Source: a bacterium (lineage in GTDB: Bacteria; Patescibacteriota; Minisyncoccia; Phycocordibacterales; UBA1006). Taken from it: 64,000 bases of DNA. Numbering within the stretch: the stretch's first letter is position 1; the number at the start of each line of letters is the position of its first letter. The stretch spans positions 65,177 to 129,176 of the forward strand of contig JAUIMI010000002.1 in NCBI GenBank assembly GCA_030433255.1, read 5' to 3'. Shown one piece after another: positions 51,201 to 59,830 of the stretch. Below the pieces are notes generated by a model that made no database searches, was not told the origin of the DNA, and saw only the letters and a program-made list of their open reading frames with translations. The position numbers and the translations under genes are program-made.

Positions 51201-51254
51201 AATAGTAAACACCATAGCAATGGCAAGTAATAAAGTAGTAATCTTTTTTATCAT
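48237..51254 (-). CDS. Large secreted protein of the T4SS-like cluster (possible tip/adhesin component)
   Basis: Signal peptide; INWANNGFDG.P.FV, GGW..YL, TPG.QV, CLPGP motifs; start placed after TGGTATAAT. Confidence 0.7.
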   Translation of the reverse strand: MIKKITTLLLAIAMVFTIQLSQPKQAYALDLDDPSNIANQIWQFTKDDVLKPVVKSLADRVLTKLTSDTINWANNGFDGDPGFVNNWEYFLKGTEHEVISNAFNTASNVANNIQLNSDIDNLTCINEVYAQYPLAENSEAACANRYDQYLNEFEGCIYQLDPLEDEELIEACENERDAQEIAWDTCIDQIPLYNSALQACQDNTSQLASNVAAIAEQNYQLYQSGELNTKRAVATTIATAGSERLNIDPLDSLIQGQGETLTELLGSQGAKDAFKTDITVGGWEGYLALADPHNYDAGLQTLVKGALGQKTTSKVSSVVQDLQTPVKVLDKKICSDGSSINDGSCPEGTQIITATPGGQVEAKLNNALISEEDKGKFFSDSLVTPLISSLGRLTDGLLESGLSQLTGAAVNTFFTPQESQNTFATTGVTDYQSQYDVLGITSNPSTTTIANATGSSSSSTSTIFGNTVDTSFIGGPEDIGNTAWSNSPQVIINLRQELTRNIHLAEEELGYYNEASDILDGSQNTAIELDRCLPGPDYNWEQRYKDVFDVNGNESDQIGLTETKEMVEDPLVNIPGSERIRSLFSQLLGGTRTERIQIDQRITTLNNLLLNLKFIRQNIQDEFDAYKNELNVSELVLNESQWDELSSTQKLQAAEHAANGFEKFDGSSSITYLNLRIEEGETTSSVLTNNPNRVRDAVITMAWDIWRDRTPRDTKEEYRYGFYIEQSNLSNNEFIARAKANRNRIDSGAVESEKILSDCLVLKSYALGANLSELQSIVSGSDTNTTATEQTIVNTALFNLNPYLAIGNIFGLFGGGGGGFTFIGVPTPYRTNEDIRIFLEDEYAKINDGDPNTESVFTSNVIASPTAIENSVLRFDDSIIETVSVQVTPGTETTLPEYEDQEFPQTEAYFQRYYPDYGFKPIQQNAYEIKDMFLKDRFFSSFNRARGERGVLFCRNPRISDLQRSTGLGGDDDSDFQPECIRHNWYAASNLDYQLIFSGVINTGI

Positions 51255-51338
51255 AGAAAAATTATACCATTCTTCTATATGAATAGACAATTTATATATT
51301 GCCTGTCACATTTTTTATTTTTTGTTATAGTGAACGAC

Positions 51339-52400
51339 ATGAAAACAGAAGTAAAAAAAGGAGAAAATGCACAAGTAGAAATTACTGTTGTGTTGCCAAG
51401 TGAGAAATTAGAGGAACAACGTGAACCAGTCGTTACTGATTTTTTAAAAAACGTTGAAGTTGATGGGTTCCGCAAGGGAAATGTTCCACAAGATATTGCC
51501 ATGAAACAAATTAATCCAATGGCTGTATTAGAAGAAATGGCACAACGAGCAATTAGTGCTGCTTATGTGGATATTTTGACCAAAGAAGACATCAAGGCAA
51601 TTGGACATCCGCAGATAATGATTACTAAAATTGCAGAAGGGGCTGACCTTGAGTTTAAAATTACCACTGCAGTATTACCTGAGATTAAACTTGGTGATTA
51701 TAAAAAAATTGCGAAAGAAGAAAATAAAAAAGAAGTATCAAATGACGTAGAGGAAAAAGAAATTGAGGAAGCTATTAATAATCTACGTCGCATGCGTGCA
51801 CAACAAGAAATGACACAAAATGCACAAGAAGGTGATGAGCCAGTTTCATGGAGTGATATAAAAGAAGAAGATTTACCAGAGGTAACTGAAGAATGGGTAA
51901 AAACATTAGGTGCATTTGAGAATATTGAAGATTTTAAAGCAAAAATTACCGAAAATCTTAAAAATGAAAAAGAAGCAAAAAATATAGAGAAAAAACGTAT
52001 TGCAATTATTGATGGAATTATTGAACAATCAGAAATTGAAGTCCCAGATATGATGGTTGACTATGAAATTGAAAAAATGATGCATGAATTTGAAGGAAAT
52101 ATTGCAATGACTGGAACTTCATTTGATGACTATTTACAATCAATCGGTAAAACTCGTGATGATTACAAAAAAGAGTGGCGAGACCAAGGATTCAAGCGAG
52201 CGCAAACCCAGTTAATGCTGAACGATATTGCGACAACTGAAAAAATTGATCCTTCTGATGAAACAATTAACGAAGAAGTTGCTAAAATAATGGAACAATA
52301 TAAGGATCAAAAAGGTATTGATGAAAATAATGTACGAGCCTATGTGGCAACAGTACTTACCCATCAAGAGGTATTTAAATTCTTAGAAGGATTAAAATAA
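51339..52400 (+). CDS. tig: Trigger factor lacking most of the FKBP PPIase domain
   Basis: GFRKGNVP ribosome-binding motif; about 350 aa; upstream of clpP. Confidence 0.93.
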   Translation: MKTEVKKGENAQVEITVVLPSEKLEEQREPVVTDFLKNVEVDGFRKGNVPQDIAMKQINPMAVLEEMAQRAISAAYVDILTKEDIKAIGHPQIMITKIAEGADLEFKITTAVLPEIKLGDYKKIAKEENKKEVSNDVEEKEIEEAINNLRRMRAQQEMTQNAQEGDEPVSWSDIKEEDLPEVTEEWVKTLGAFENIEDFKAKITENLKNEKEAKNIEKKRIAIIDGIIEQSEIEVPDMMVDYEIEKMMHEFEGNIAMTGTSFDDYLQSIGKTRDDYKKEWRDQGFKRAQTQLMLNDIATTEKIDPSDETINEEVAKIMEQYKDQKGIDENNVRAYVATVLTHQEVFKFLEGLK

Positions 52401-52437
52401 CACCAATTTTAGGTGTTTTTTTGATATACTAGTAGTC

Positions 52438-52704
52438 ATGAAAAAGAAACGAGGACAACGATTTAATGTTCATATTAATAATGAACTCAAAGAAGTATTT
52501 GTAGGTCATCATACTTTGTTTTCAGTAATTGGATTTACTGTCGGTGGTATTTTAGTTGGTGAAACATTGAAAGAATGGGCTCATATTCATTTAGGGTTAC
52601 CACTGACACTTATTATAGGTTTTGTACTTATTTTTCTTACGGGTGTTATTTTGCATAAATTTAGTGACCCTTCTGAGGCTAAAAATGATGATGGTTTGGT
52701 TTAA
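52438..52704 (+). CDS. Small 2-TM membrane protein
   Basis: Two hydrophobic segments; TGATATACT -10 before ATG. Confidence 0.7.
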   Translation: MKKKRGQRFNVHINNELKEVFVGHHTLFSVIGFTVGGILVGETLKEWAHIHLGLPLTLIIGFVLIFLTGVILHKFSDPSEAKNDDGLV

Positions 52705-52750
52705 TATACAAGGTTGATACCTTGTTTTTTTTATTTATACTACAAGTATT

Positions 52751-53335
52751 ATGTTAATTCCAACAGTTATTCAAAAGACGCATGCTGGAGAGCGTGCTTA
52801 TGATATTTATTCACGACTCTTAAAAGAACGGATTATTTTTATCGGTGGTCCAATCCATGACGATATTGCCAATAGTGTTGTTGCCCAGCTACTACATTTG
52901 GAACAAGAGGACGCAGAAAAAGATATTACCATTTATGTAAACTCTCCAGGAGGTTCTGTTTCTGCTGGTATGGCAATGATTGATACTATGCATTTCATTA
53001 AACCTGACGTATCAACGGTGTGTATTGGGATGGCAGCTTCAATGGGAGCAATGATTCTTTCTCAAGGGGCAAAAGGAAAACGATATGTACTTCCTAACAG
53101 TCGGGTTATGATTCATCAACCATTAACAGGTGTTGAGGGGCAAGCCTCTGATATCGCTATTACTGCCGAGCAGATTTTAAAAACAAAAAAGAAACTCGCA
53201 ACTATGATTGCTGATTCATCTGGTCAAAAGATTAGCCAGGTTGAAAAAGACATGGATCGTGACTATTGGATGGACGCAACTGAAGCAAAAAAATATGGAA
53301 TTGTTGATGGTATCATCACAAAACGAAAAAAATAA
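52751..53335 (+). CDS. clpP: ATP-dependent Clp protease proteolytic subunit
   Basis: [31 protein letters not shown]. Confidence 0.98.
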   Translation: MLIPTVIQKTHAGERAYDIYSRLLKERIIFIGGPIHDDIANSVVAQLLHLEQEDAEKDITIYVNSPGGSVSAGMAMIDTMHFIKPDVSTVCIGMAASMGAMILSQGAKGKRYVLPNSRVMIHQPLTGVEGQASDIAITAEQILKTKKKLATMIADSSGQKISQVEKDMDRDYWMDATEAKKYGIVDGIITKRKK

Positions 53336-53493
53336 GGACTATCCTTATTTTTTATTTTATTGTTTTAGTATTTTTAAATTATATGTCAATGTTTTTTGTT
53401 TGCGAATTCCTGAAAAAGCATTGTATAATAACACTGTGAAAGCTTTTTAGGTTTCAACAAAACTTATTTACTCATTTAATATATTTAGACACG

Positions 53494-53769
53494 ATGAAAA
53501 AACAAGATTTAGCTAATATGGTTAACGAAATGATTGGGGGAACAAAAACTCAATCAGAAGCAGTAGTACAGGCAATCTTTGATGCTATTACAGATGAAAT
53601 GGCAAAAGGAGGAGTTGCTGATATTGCTGGATTCGGTAAATTCGAAGGAGTAATGCGAGACGCGCGTACGGCTCGAAACCCTCGAACAGGAGAAATGGTG
53701 GAAGTTGCTGCAAAACGAGTTCCAAAACTTAAATTTGGTAAAAAGACCAAAGACGCAGTTGCTAAATAA
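53494..53769 (+). CDS. hup: HU family DNA-binding protein
   Basis: GFGKF, ARTARNPRTGE, PKLKFGK. Confidence 0.96.
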   Translation: MKKQDLANMVNEMIGGTKTQSEAVVQAIFDAITDEMAKGGVADIAGFGKFEGVMRDARTARNPRTGEMVEVAAKRVPKLKFGKKTKDAVAK

Positions 53770-53882
53770 CTATCATTTTTAAAATAAAAAGCTGGAAGGC
53801 TTTTTATTTTTACAAAATCTTGCATATTTTACCGTCTTTGCTAATATTATCTGTGTTCCTTATTGGAATTAATTATATATCT

Positions 53883-53953
53883 GCGGGCGTAGTTTAGTGG
53901 TAGAATATCTGGCTTCCAACCAGAGGACGAGAGTTCGATTCTCTCCGCCCGCA
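53883..53953 (+). tRNA. tRNA-Gly(UCC), A73 discriminator
   Basis: GCGGGCG/CGCCCGC acceptor, TCTGG-CTTCCAA-CCAGA anticodon arm, GAGAG-TTCGATT-CTCTC T-arm. Confidence 0.96.
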
Positions 53954-54014
53954 CACCAGAAAAAACCCTTTATTTACAAGGGTTTTTTCTTATACACGTG
54001 AAGGGAAATTTGTA

Positions 54015-54785
54015 CTAAATCGAACTTCCCCTGTTTTTTAGGATTGCTCTTTTTATTTCATTCAATTTATCAATACCAGAATTTGTGTTAATTCCAGTCG
54101 TATCAAAATTTTCTGGTAACCCTAATGCGTTGTTTATTTCCACTCTTGGAGTTTTGGTGTCAATTTCTTGATAATCGAAGTATTCTTCAAGATTATCAAT
54201 CCATTGTTTTGGACTTAACGGTAATGAGATATTTTCTGAAAGAAACCGGGCTGTTTCTTTGATTTTTTCTTGCATCTTACTATCTGCCTCTCGGTTATAT
54301 TCCCATTCGTTGTCTTCATTAAAACCATCTTTCATAACCCAACCTTCTTCTGAAAAACCATAAAATGGATACCATTCACCCTTATTTTTTCCAGAAGTAC
54401 CATTACTTGATGAGTAGAATGGCATTTCAATTCCATCTACCTCTGCAAGAACAAACTTACGACCATCATATTCTTGAATAGTTGAGGTAACACCATTTAA
54501 GGTGAAAGGTTTAAGTATCGTACTAACCTCTTTATTTACCTTAATCTCTATACCTAAAGGGTACATATTTTTTGTATACCATTTTTTAAATTCAGAAGGT
54601 TCAATTTTTAGCTGTAAATCTTGCTTAATCAAAGATAGAGCTTCTTCAGCAGAAGATACTTCATCTTCTTTTTTATCCCATTTATCAAAAATTTCTTGTT
54701 TTTGAGTTTCCAGGTTTGTATTCTGTACTCTCGGTTCTTCCCACTTGTTTGAGATGTTGTTTATTTGGTTGTTCCATTTTTCCAT
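54015..54785 (-). CDS. Hypothetical protein (PFY.S..G...GEWYPFYG motif)
   Basis: ORF with TATAGT -10 six nt before MEKWNN; acidic N-terminus. Confidence 0.7.
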   Translation of the reverse strand: MEKWNNQINNISNKWEEPRVQNTNLETQKQEIFDKWDKKEDEVSSAEEALSLIKQDLQLKIEPSEFKKWYTKNMYPLGIEIKVNKEVSTILKPFTLNGVTSTIQEYDGRKFVLAEVDGIEMPFYSSSNGTSGKNKGEWYPFYGFSEEGWVMKDGFNEDNEWEYNREADSKMQEKIKETARFLSENISLPLSPKQWIDNLEEYFDYQEIDTKTPRVEINNALGLPENFDTTGINTNSGIDKLNEIKRAILKNRGSSI

Positions 54786-54968
54786 GTTTACACTATACAC
54801 CACCTTCCAATATATTTATTCGAACACGGTCCCACATCGTGCACACTTTTTGAGAAAAAACACGAAAGTGTTTTTTCTTTTTCGTATGTCACCTTAGGTG
54901 TTAAATTTAAAAAACGAAATACTATCGTGACAAGTGGCATTTGTTTATGTCTCTATTATATTTATATT

Positions 54969-56230
54969 ATGAATTTGAAAAGAATATTTTTACTTTTAAC
55001 ACTCCTACTAATCCCACAATTAACAAACGCCGCATTAACCATAAACACTATTGATTACAGTAGTGAAGACGCAATTGATATTGTTTTTATTGCTGATGGT
55101 TTTACCACTGCAGAACAATCAACATATGAATCATATGTAGCTCAGGCTGTTGGGTATCTTTTTGATAATCCTCCTTTTGATGCTGAATCAAATAAGTTCA
55201 ATATATATTCCATTCCTACTGTTTCAAATGAATCAGGTATTTCTGTTCAGGGAGGTATTAGTGTTGATACTTTTCTTAAAACACATTTAAATGAAAATAA
55301 CTTACCTCGACTTACTGGATTACCAGATGAATTCCGTTCTTTTTTAAGAAATGAATTAAAAAAAGTCTTTAAAAAGAAAATCTATCCCATTATTATTATG
55401 AACACTGGGGTGTATGGAGGTTCTGGTGAACTCAATAGGGAACCACGGTTTATGAGTGTTACTCAGGTTACACTAGATACAGAATACCATGCCTTTAGAG
55501 AATTTCTTGTTCATGAATTTGGACACTCTTTTATAGATCTTGCTGACGAATATGGAGGTGATTGTTCTTCAAGTGAAGTGGATGATTGGGATATTGATCA
55601 TTATGATAAAAAAATGTTACACAAGATGCAACTAATAATAGAAAATGGGATGAGCTTGTTACTTCACCACAATATATTTTAGGAGCAAATTACTGTGATA
55701 CTGATTGGTATAGAAGTAGCGCAAGCGATATTATGCGTAGTGTTGGGTCTGGTAATATTCATAATGAGTTAGGACAAATTCTTGCTGAAGAAAGAATTGA
55801 GGAAGATATTGATTATAATACTGATGTTGTTTCTTTTCAGAATAATGGATTATTTAATTTGTCATCATATCGTAATCAAAATATACGTATTCATGCTGAT
55901 GAAATAAGTGTAAGAAAGGATGTTAAGTGTAAAAATCTTTACGTGGCGGAAGATAGTCATCTTATTTTAGAACAAGGGTCAAGAATTATCTGTGATACTG
56001 TTGATATTTTAGGGAGTGTAAGTTATGTAAAGAAAAATAATTCTTCTGGTGTTTCCCTTCGGTTTGGGTGTAAAGATCCAAATGCAAAAAACTACACTCG
56101 TTTTGCGCGACATAGGCAATCAATGTGTGTGTATGGCTATCAAGATGCTCGTCCTCCACACTTTATTCTAAGTTCAGATAAGCTATTATCGGTAAATGAC
56201 CATGGCCATGACCATGAACACCTAAGATAG
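54969..56230 (+). pseudogene. M64 (IgA peptidase) family metallopeptidase split by a frameshift in an A7 run
   Basis: DIVFIADGFT, VHEFGHSF.DLADEY; adding one A at 55608-55614 gives KKNVT..KW..GANY..YRS..MRS continuing into ORF 55733-56230. Confidence 0.8.
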
Positions 56231-56259
56231 TTAGGTGTTTTTTGCTATAATAAAAAAGT

Positions 56260-57867
56260 ATGAACGGGATATTTTATAATGTTTTTGTTGGTTTTTTATT
56301 ATTTTTTAGTAGTGTTGTAACGGTTTTTGCTTCTGATTTTACAGAATTAAATATTATTGGTGATACCGGTTGGACGTGAGGTGTTGATGCGGGTGATATT
56401 GATGGTGATGGTGACATCGATGTTACAGCAGGTAATTTGTCCGGAACAAGTCGCGTTTGGTTAAATGATGGATCAGGGGCTTTTACTGAATTTCCTCTTA
56501 CAGGTATAACTTCTGTTTCTCATTTAAATATTGTTGATATTGATGGTGACGGAAATCAGGATATTTTGTTAAGTCGTGTTGGTGGTTCTTCATTAGTTGG
56601 ATTTTTTAATGATGGTGCCATGAATTTCACACAACGAACTCTCTATGCTTCCTCGGGAGCATTATATGAATCACAGGTTGGTGATATTGATGGTGATGGT
56701 TTTAATGATATTTATGTTACTGAGCAACAGTCCGGCGGTAGATCGAATCTTCTACTTATTAACGATGGAAGCGATAATTTTATTGTAAATAATATTGCAT
56801 CTGATACCGCTGCAAGTATTACTGTTAGAGTAATAGATATTGATAATGACGGTGATTTGGATATTTATCGCCCTAGTTATAACGCAAGTCAAAACACCCT
56901 TTGGATAAACGACGGTCTCGGGAATGGAGGAGCCTCATTTAGTGCATCTAATATTACCGGTGATACTGGTAGTGTCTATCAAACTCAGGTAATAGATATT
57001 GATAATGACGGTGATTTGGATATTTATAATGTGGTTGCCCCTGGTCAAAACACCCTTTGGATAAACGACGGTCTCGGGAATGGAGGAGCCTCATTTAGTG
57101 CATCTAATATTACCGGTGATACTGATTCCGGAGCATCTGCAATAATAGATGTAAATGCTGATGGCTATCTGGATATCTATAGTTCGCTTTATGGCGCACA
57201 AAGTTATCTTTGGATAAATGATGGATTAGGCAATGGTGGTGCTTCGTTTGCTAATGATGCTATACCAGGTAATTCACCAAGCACTGTTTTTGCAACATCG
57301 GGTGATTTCGATGGTGATGGTATTACTGATCTGTATGTCGGAGTTTATGCAGGTGGGCAAAATCTCCTTCTTATTAATGATTTTGAACCACCTGAACCAC
57401 CTTCAAGTTCAAGCAGGTCATCTTCTGGTGGTATTGGTTCTATTAGATATGTATGTAAAGATAAAACAGCATCCAACTATAATGGAACACGTTTTGCTCG
57501 TCATAAACAATCAAAATGTAAGTTTGATACAGATATTCAAGACATAAACACGTCGATTGGTAATGTATGCACCATACCTTTTGATGATTATTATCAAAAG
57601 GGTGACTCTCACGATAATGTTGCTGTTATCCAATCATTTCTTAATTCACATTTAAATATTGATTTATTTATTGACGGTATTTTCGGGAATCAGACTCATG
57701 ATGCCGTTTCTCAGTTTCAGGATATGTACAAAACAGATATTCTTGTTCCTTGGGGACTTTCATCTCCTACAGGGCGTTGGTATCAATCAACACGTAAAAA
57801 AGCAAACGATATTCTCGGGTGTTCAGAAGGTATGGTTACCTTAGATAATGGAGTTATTCTTAAATAA
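56260..57867 (+). CDS. FG-GAP/VCBS repeat surface protein with Cys module and PG-binding domain; in-frame TGA at 56377-56379 (pseudogene or read-through)
   Basis: ATG 56260 gives a signal peptide in frame with ORF 56437; DIDGDGD repeats begin just after the TGA. Confidence 0.75.
56830..57124. repeat. Exact direct repeats in the FG-GAP gene (39 bp: 56830-56868/56989-57027; 81 bp: 56888-56968/57044-57124)
   Basis: Identical blocks separated by unrelated short segments. Confidence 0.9.
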
Positions 57868-57900
57868 AAAGAACTACTTATAAGTAGTTCTTTTTATTTA
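57861..57900. terminator. Perfect 40-bp palindrome / bidirectional terminator
   Basis: TAAATAAAAAGAACTACTTATAAGTAGTTCTTTTTATTTA. Confidence 0.85.
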
Positions 57901-57909
57901 TATTTATAT

Positions 57910-57998
57910 AAACAAAAAGAGCCCTTAAGATAAGGTCTCTTTTTGCAGGATGTTAATGACTCAAAAAATTATCGTTGGATAACTCGCGTCACTCACAA
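57910..57998 (-). ncRNA. Candidate ~90-nt small RNA
   Basis: TTGACA(58031)-16-TATTAT promoter, internal hairpin TTATC-CAAC-GATAA closed by TGAC/GTCA, second terminator 57913-57945. Confidence 0.35.
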
Positions 57999-58078
57999 TA
58001 TATATAATACACGAACTAATTTTTTTGTCAAGTTTTATTTTATTCTATATTTCTTACCATAGAAATAAAGAAAAAAAT

Positions 58079-58642
58079 ATGAAACATGCAATACATTCAA
58101 AGCATATTACTCTTGTTGAGCTAAGAGATTTGTGTAGCGAATTAGGTATTACTTCTGTGTTTGAGTATAAACTTAAGTATGCTGCTCGTGCTCACGAAGA
58201 CCTTGTGTATATGCCTAATGTTACATACAAGAAAGAATGGGTCGAACAAGGTGGATGGGATTTTCTTTTCTCCTCAATTAAAAACCAAGGAAAACCAAGA
58301 AGAACCAAGAAAATTAGTGTTGGTAGTGTTAAGAGTAAAAAGAACGTTAAAACACAAGCAACAATGCCGCCAGTAACTACTTCAGTTGTGGAATATGTTG
58401 AACATAAGAATTACAATGCAAAAGGTAGGGGTGAGGATGGCTATTGGAATATTAAAGCACTAGCAAAAAAAGTCCGCAAATATAACATTCAAACACCTGA
58501 TGTTTATTATAAATACGCATCGTTGTTCACTGATTGACCTCGTAATCCAGATATTCATTATGAAAATTGGACTTCATGGGACTCTTTTTTGTTAGATCCT
58601 ATAAGTATTTTTTCAAAACAATTAGAATTCAACGAAGATTAA
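58079..58642 (+). CDS. Integrase-repeat (INT_rpt-like) protein with in-frame TGA at 58535-58537
   Basis: Two P..Y...W...WD.(F)L units; second unit D*PRNPDIHYENWTSWDSFL lies after the TGA; terminator follows TAA 58642. Confidence 0.65.
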
Positions 58643-58646
58643 AAAT

Positions 58647-58675
58647 AAAACCATTGTTATTTAGCAATGGTTTTT
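58647..58675. terminator. Intrinsic terminator after the read-through TAA
   Basis: AAAACCATTG-TTATTTAG-CAATGGTTTT. Confidence 0.8.
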
Positions 58676-58692
58676 ATGGTATAACACTATAT

Positions 58693-59142
58693 ATGAAAAA
58701 AATTCTCTATATTGATATGGATGGAGTTATTGTTGATTTTGATTCTGGTATTTCTGCACTAAATGAAGAAGAGAGAGAATTGTATAAAAATAATTATGCG
58801 CAATGCCCTTCTATTTTTTCTAGAATGAAACCAATCCCACAAGCAATTGATTGTGTTCATGAGTTATCTGAAATATTTGATGTTTACATACTTTCTAGTC
58901 CAAGTTGGGGTAATGCAAGCGCTTGGTCTGATAAATATGAATGGATAGAAGAATATATTCCTTCTATGGAACGAAAACTTATACTTTCAAGTCAGAAACA
59001 TCTTAATCGTGGTGATTATATCATTGATGATCGTTTACATAATGGTGTTTCACAGTTTCAAGGTGAGCACATACATTTTGGAACAAGTGATTACCCTGAT
59101 TGGGATAGTGTTATGAGGTATTTAAAAAATAAAGCAGAGTAA
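58693..59142 (+). CDS. 5'(3')-deoxyribonucleotidase (NT5C, HAD family)
   Basis: YIDMDGVIVDF, K..W, GDYIIDDR. Confidence 0.92.
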   Translation: MKKILYIDMDGVIVDFDSGISALNEEERELYKNNYAQCPSIFSRMKPIPQAIDCVHELSEIFDVYILSSPSWGNASAWSDKYEWIEEYIPSMERKLILSSQKHLNRGDYIIDDRLHNGVSQFQGEHIHFGTSDYPDWDSVMRYLKNKAE

Positions 59143-59160
59143 TCTGCTTTATTTTTTTTG

Positions 59161-59233
59161 TCGGGGAGCCGGGATTCGAACCCGGAGTCACTCGTACCCA
59201 AAACGAGCATGTTAGCCGTTACACCACACCCCG
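59161..59233 (-). tRNA. tRNA-Pro(UGG)
   Basis: Reverse complement CGGGGTG..CTCGT-TTTGGGT-ACGAG..CCGGG-TTCGAAT-CCCGG-CTCCCCG-A. Confidence 0.95.
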
Positions 59234-59294
59234 ATAACAAGATTATAGTAACATATAATCGTTTTTGAGCAATGGGAGTGCTATACTCTTATAT

Positions 59295-59771
59295 ATGAGA
59301 ATTTCTAATCCTTACAAGTACTCTAATGGTTATATTTTTCTACCATTAAGAAATTTAAACCTTGATAATCTTCACCCTACTATTGTTTTATTTGGTGATA
59401 ATTATTATTTAAAATCAGAGTTCCACGTAAGTTTAATATGTGTAAAAGAGGACCTTCGGGAAAACCCGCTCATTACTGAGGCTAATATTGTTGACATTTT
59501 TAATGGTTTTGTCGGGAAAATACCGCTTCAAAAAGTTGAGTACCTTGATGAGTACCGTATAGCCACCCACCCTGATGGTAGGAAAAGTATTATTCAAAAA
59601 GTAAATATTCGTGGTGTTGAAGGGTTATTTACTGAATTACGGAAAAAATTACATATTACTATTAATACTCAGCCGCTACATGTAACCATATATACCCTAC
59701 AGGGAGGTAGAGGAATTGGCATTAATAATATTGAAGATTATAATAACACCATTGAGATACGTTTTAGGTAG
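59295..59771 (+). CDS. 2H phosphoesterase-like protein
   Basis: Two HxS/T motifs (FHVSL, LHVTIY) about 85 aa apart. Confidence 0.65.
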   Translation: MRISNPYKYSNGYIFLPLRNLNLDNLHPTIVLFGDNYYLKSEFHVSLICVKEDLRENPLITEANIVDIFNGFVGKIPLQKVEYLDEYRIATHPDGRKSIIQKVNIRGVEGLFTELRKKLHITINTQPLHVTIYTLQGGRGIGINNIEDYNNTIEIRFR

Positions 59772-59830
59772 TGTTTCACGGTTTCTCAAAATAGTTTTTT
59801 GTTAAAATCTAAATTATTAGTAATTTCTCA

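Noticed and set aside
13249-52400. Shortened PolA, YebC, HolA, Jag and trigger factor as pseudogenes or novelties
   Set aside because: ORFs are intact and such domain loss is expected in reduced CPR genomes
54765-54968. ORF-track N-terminal extensions (also 19447, 35553, 51279, 51290, 58025, 58567, 60875)
   Set aside because: They run through promoters or terminators; downstream ATGs fit the -10 spacing or signal peptides better
56830-57124. Diversity-generating retroelement TR/VR pair
   Set aside because: Blocks are identical rather than differing at adenines; no reverse transcriptase in the window
56377-58537. Selenocysteine at the TGA codons
   Set aside because: Positions align with aromatic/aliphatic residues, not catalytic Cys; no clear SECIS hairpin or sel genes
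53954-59160. Prophage or integrative island between tRNA-Gly and tRNA-Pro
   Set aside because: No catalytic integrase, phage structural genes or duplicated tRNA 3' end seen; treated as a variable region only
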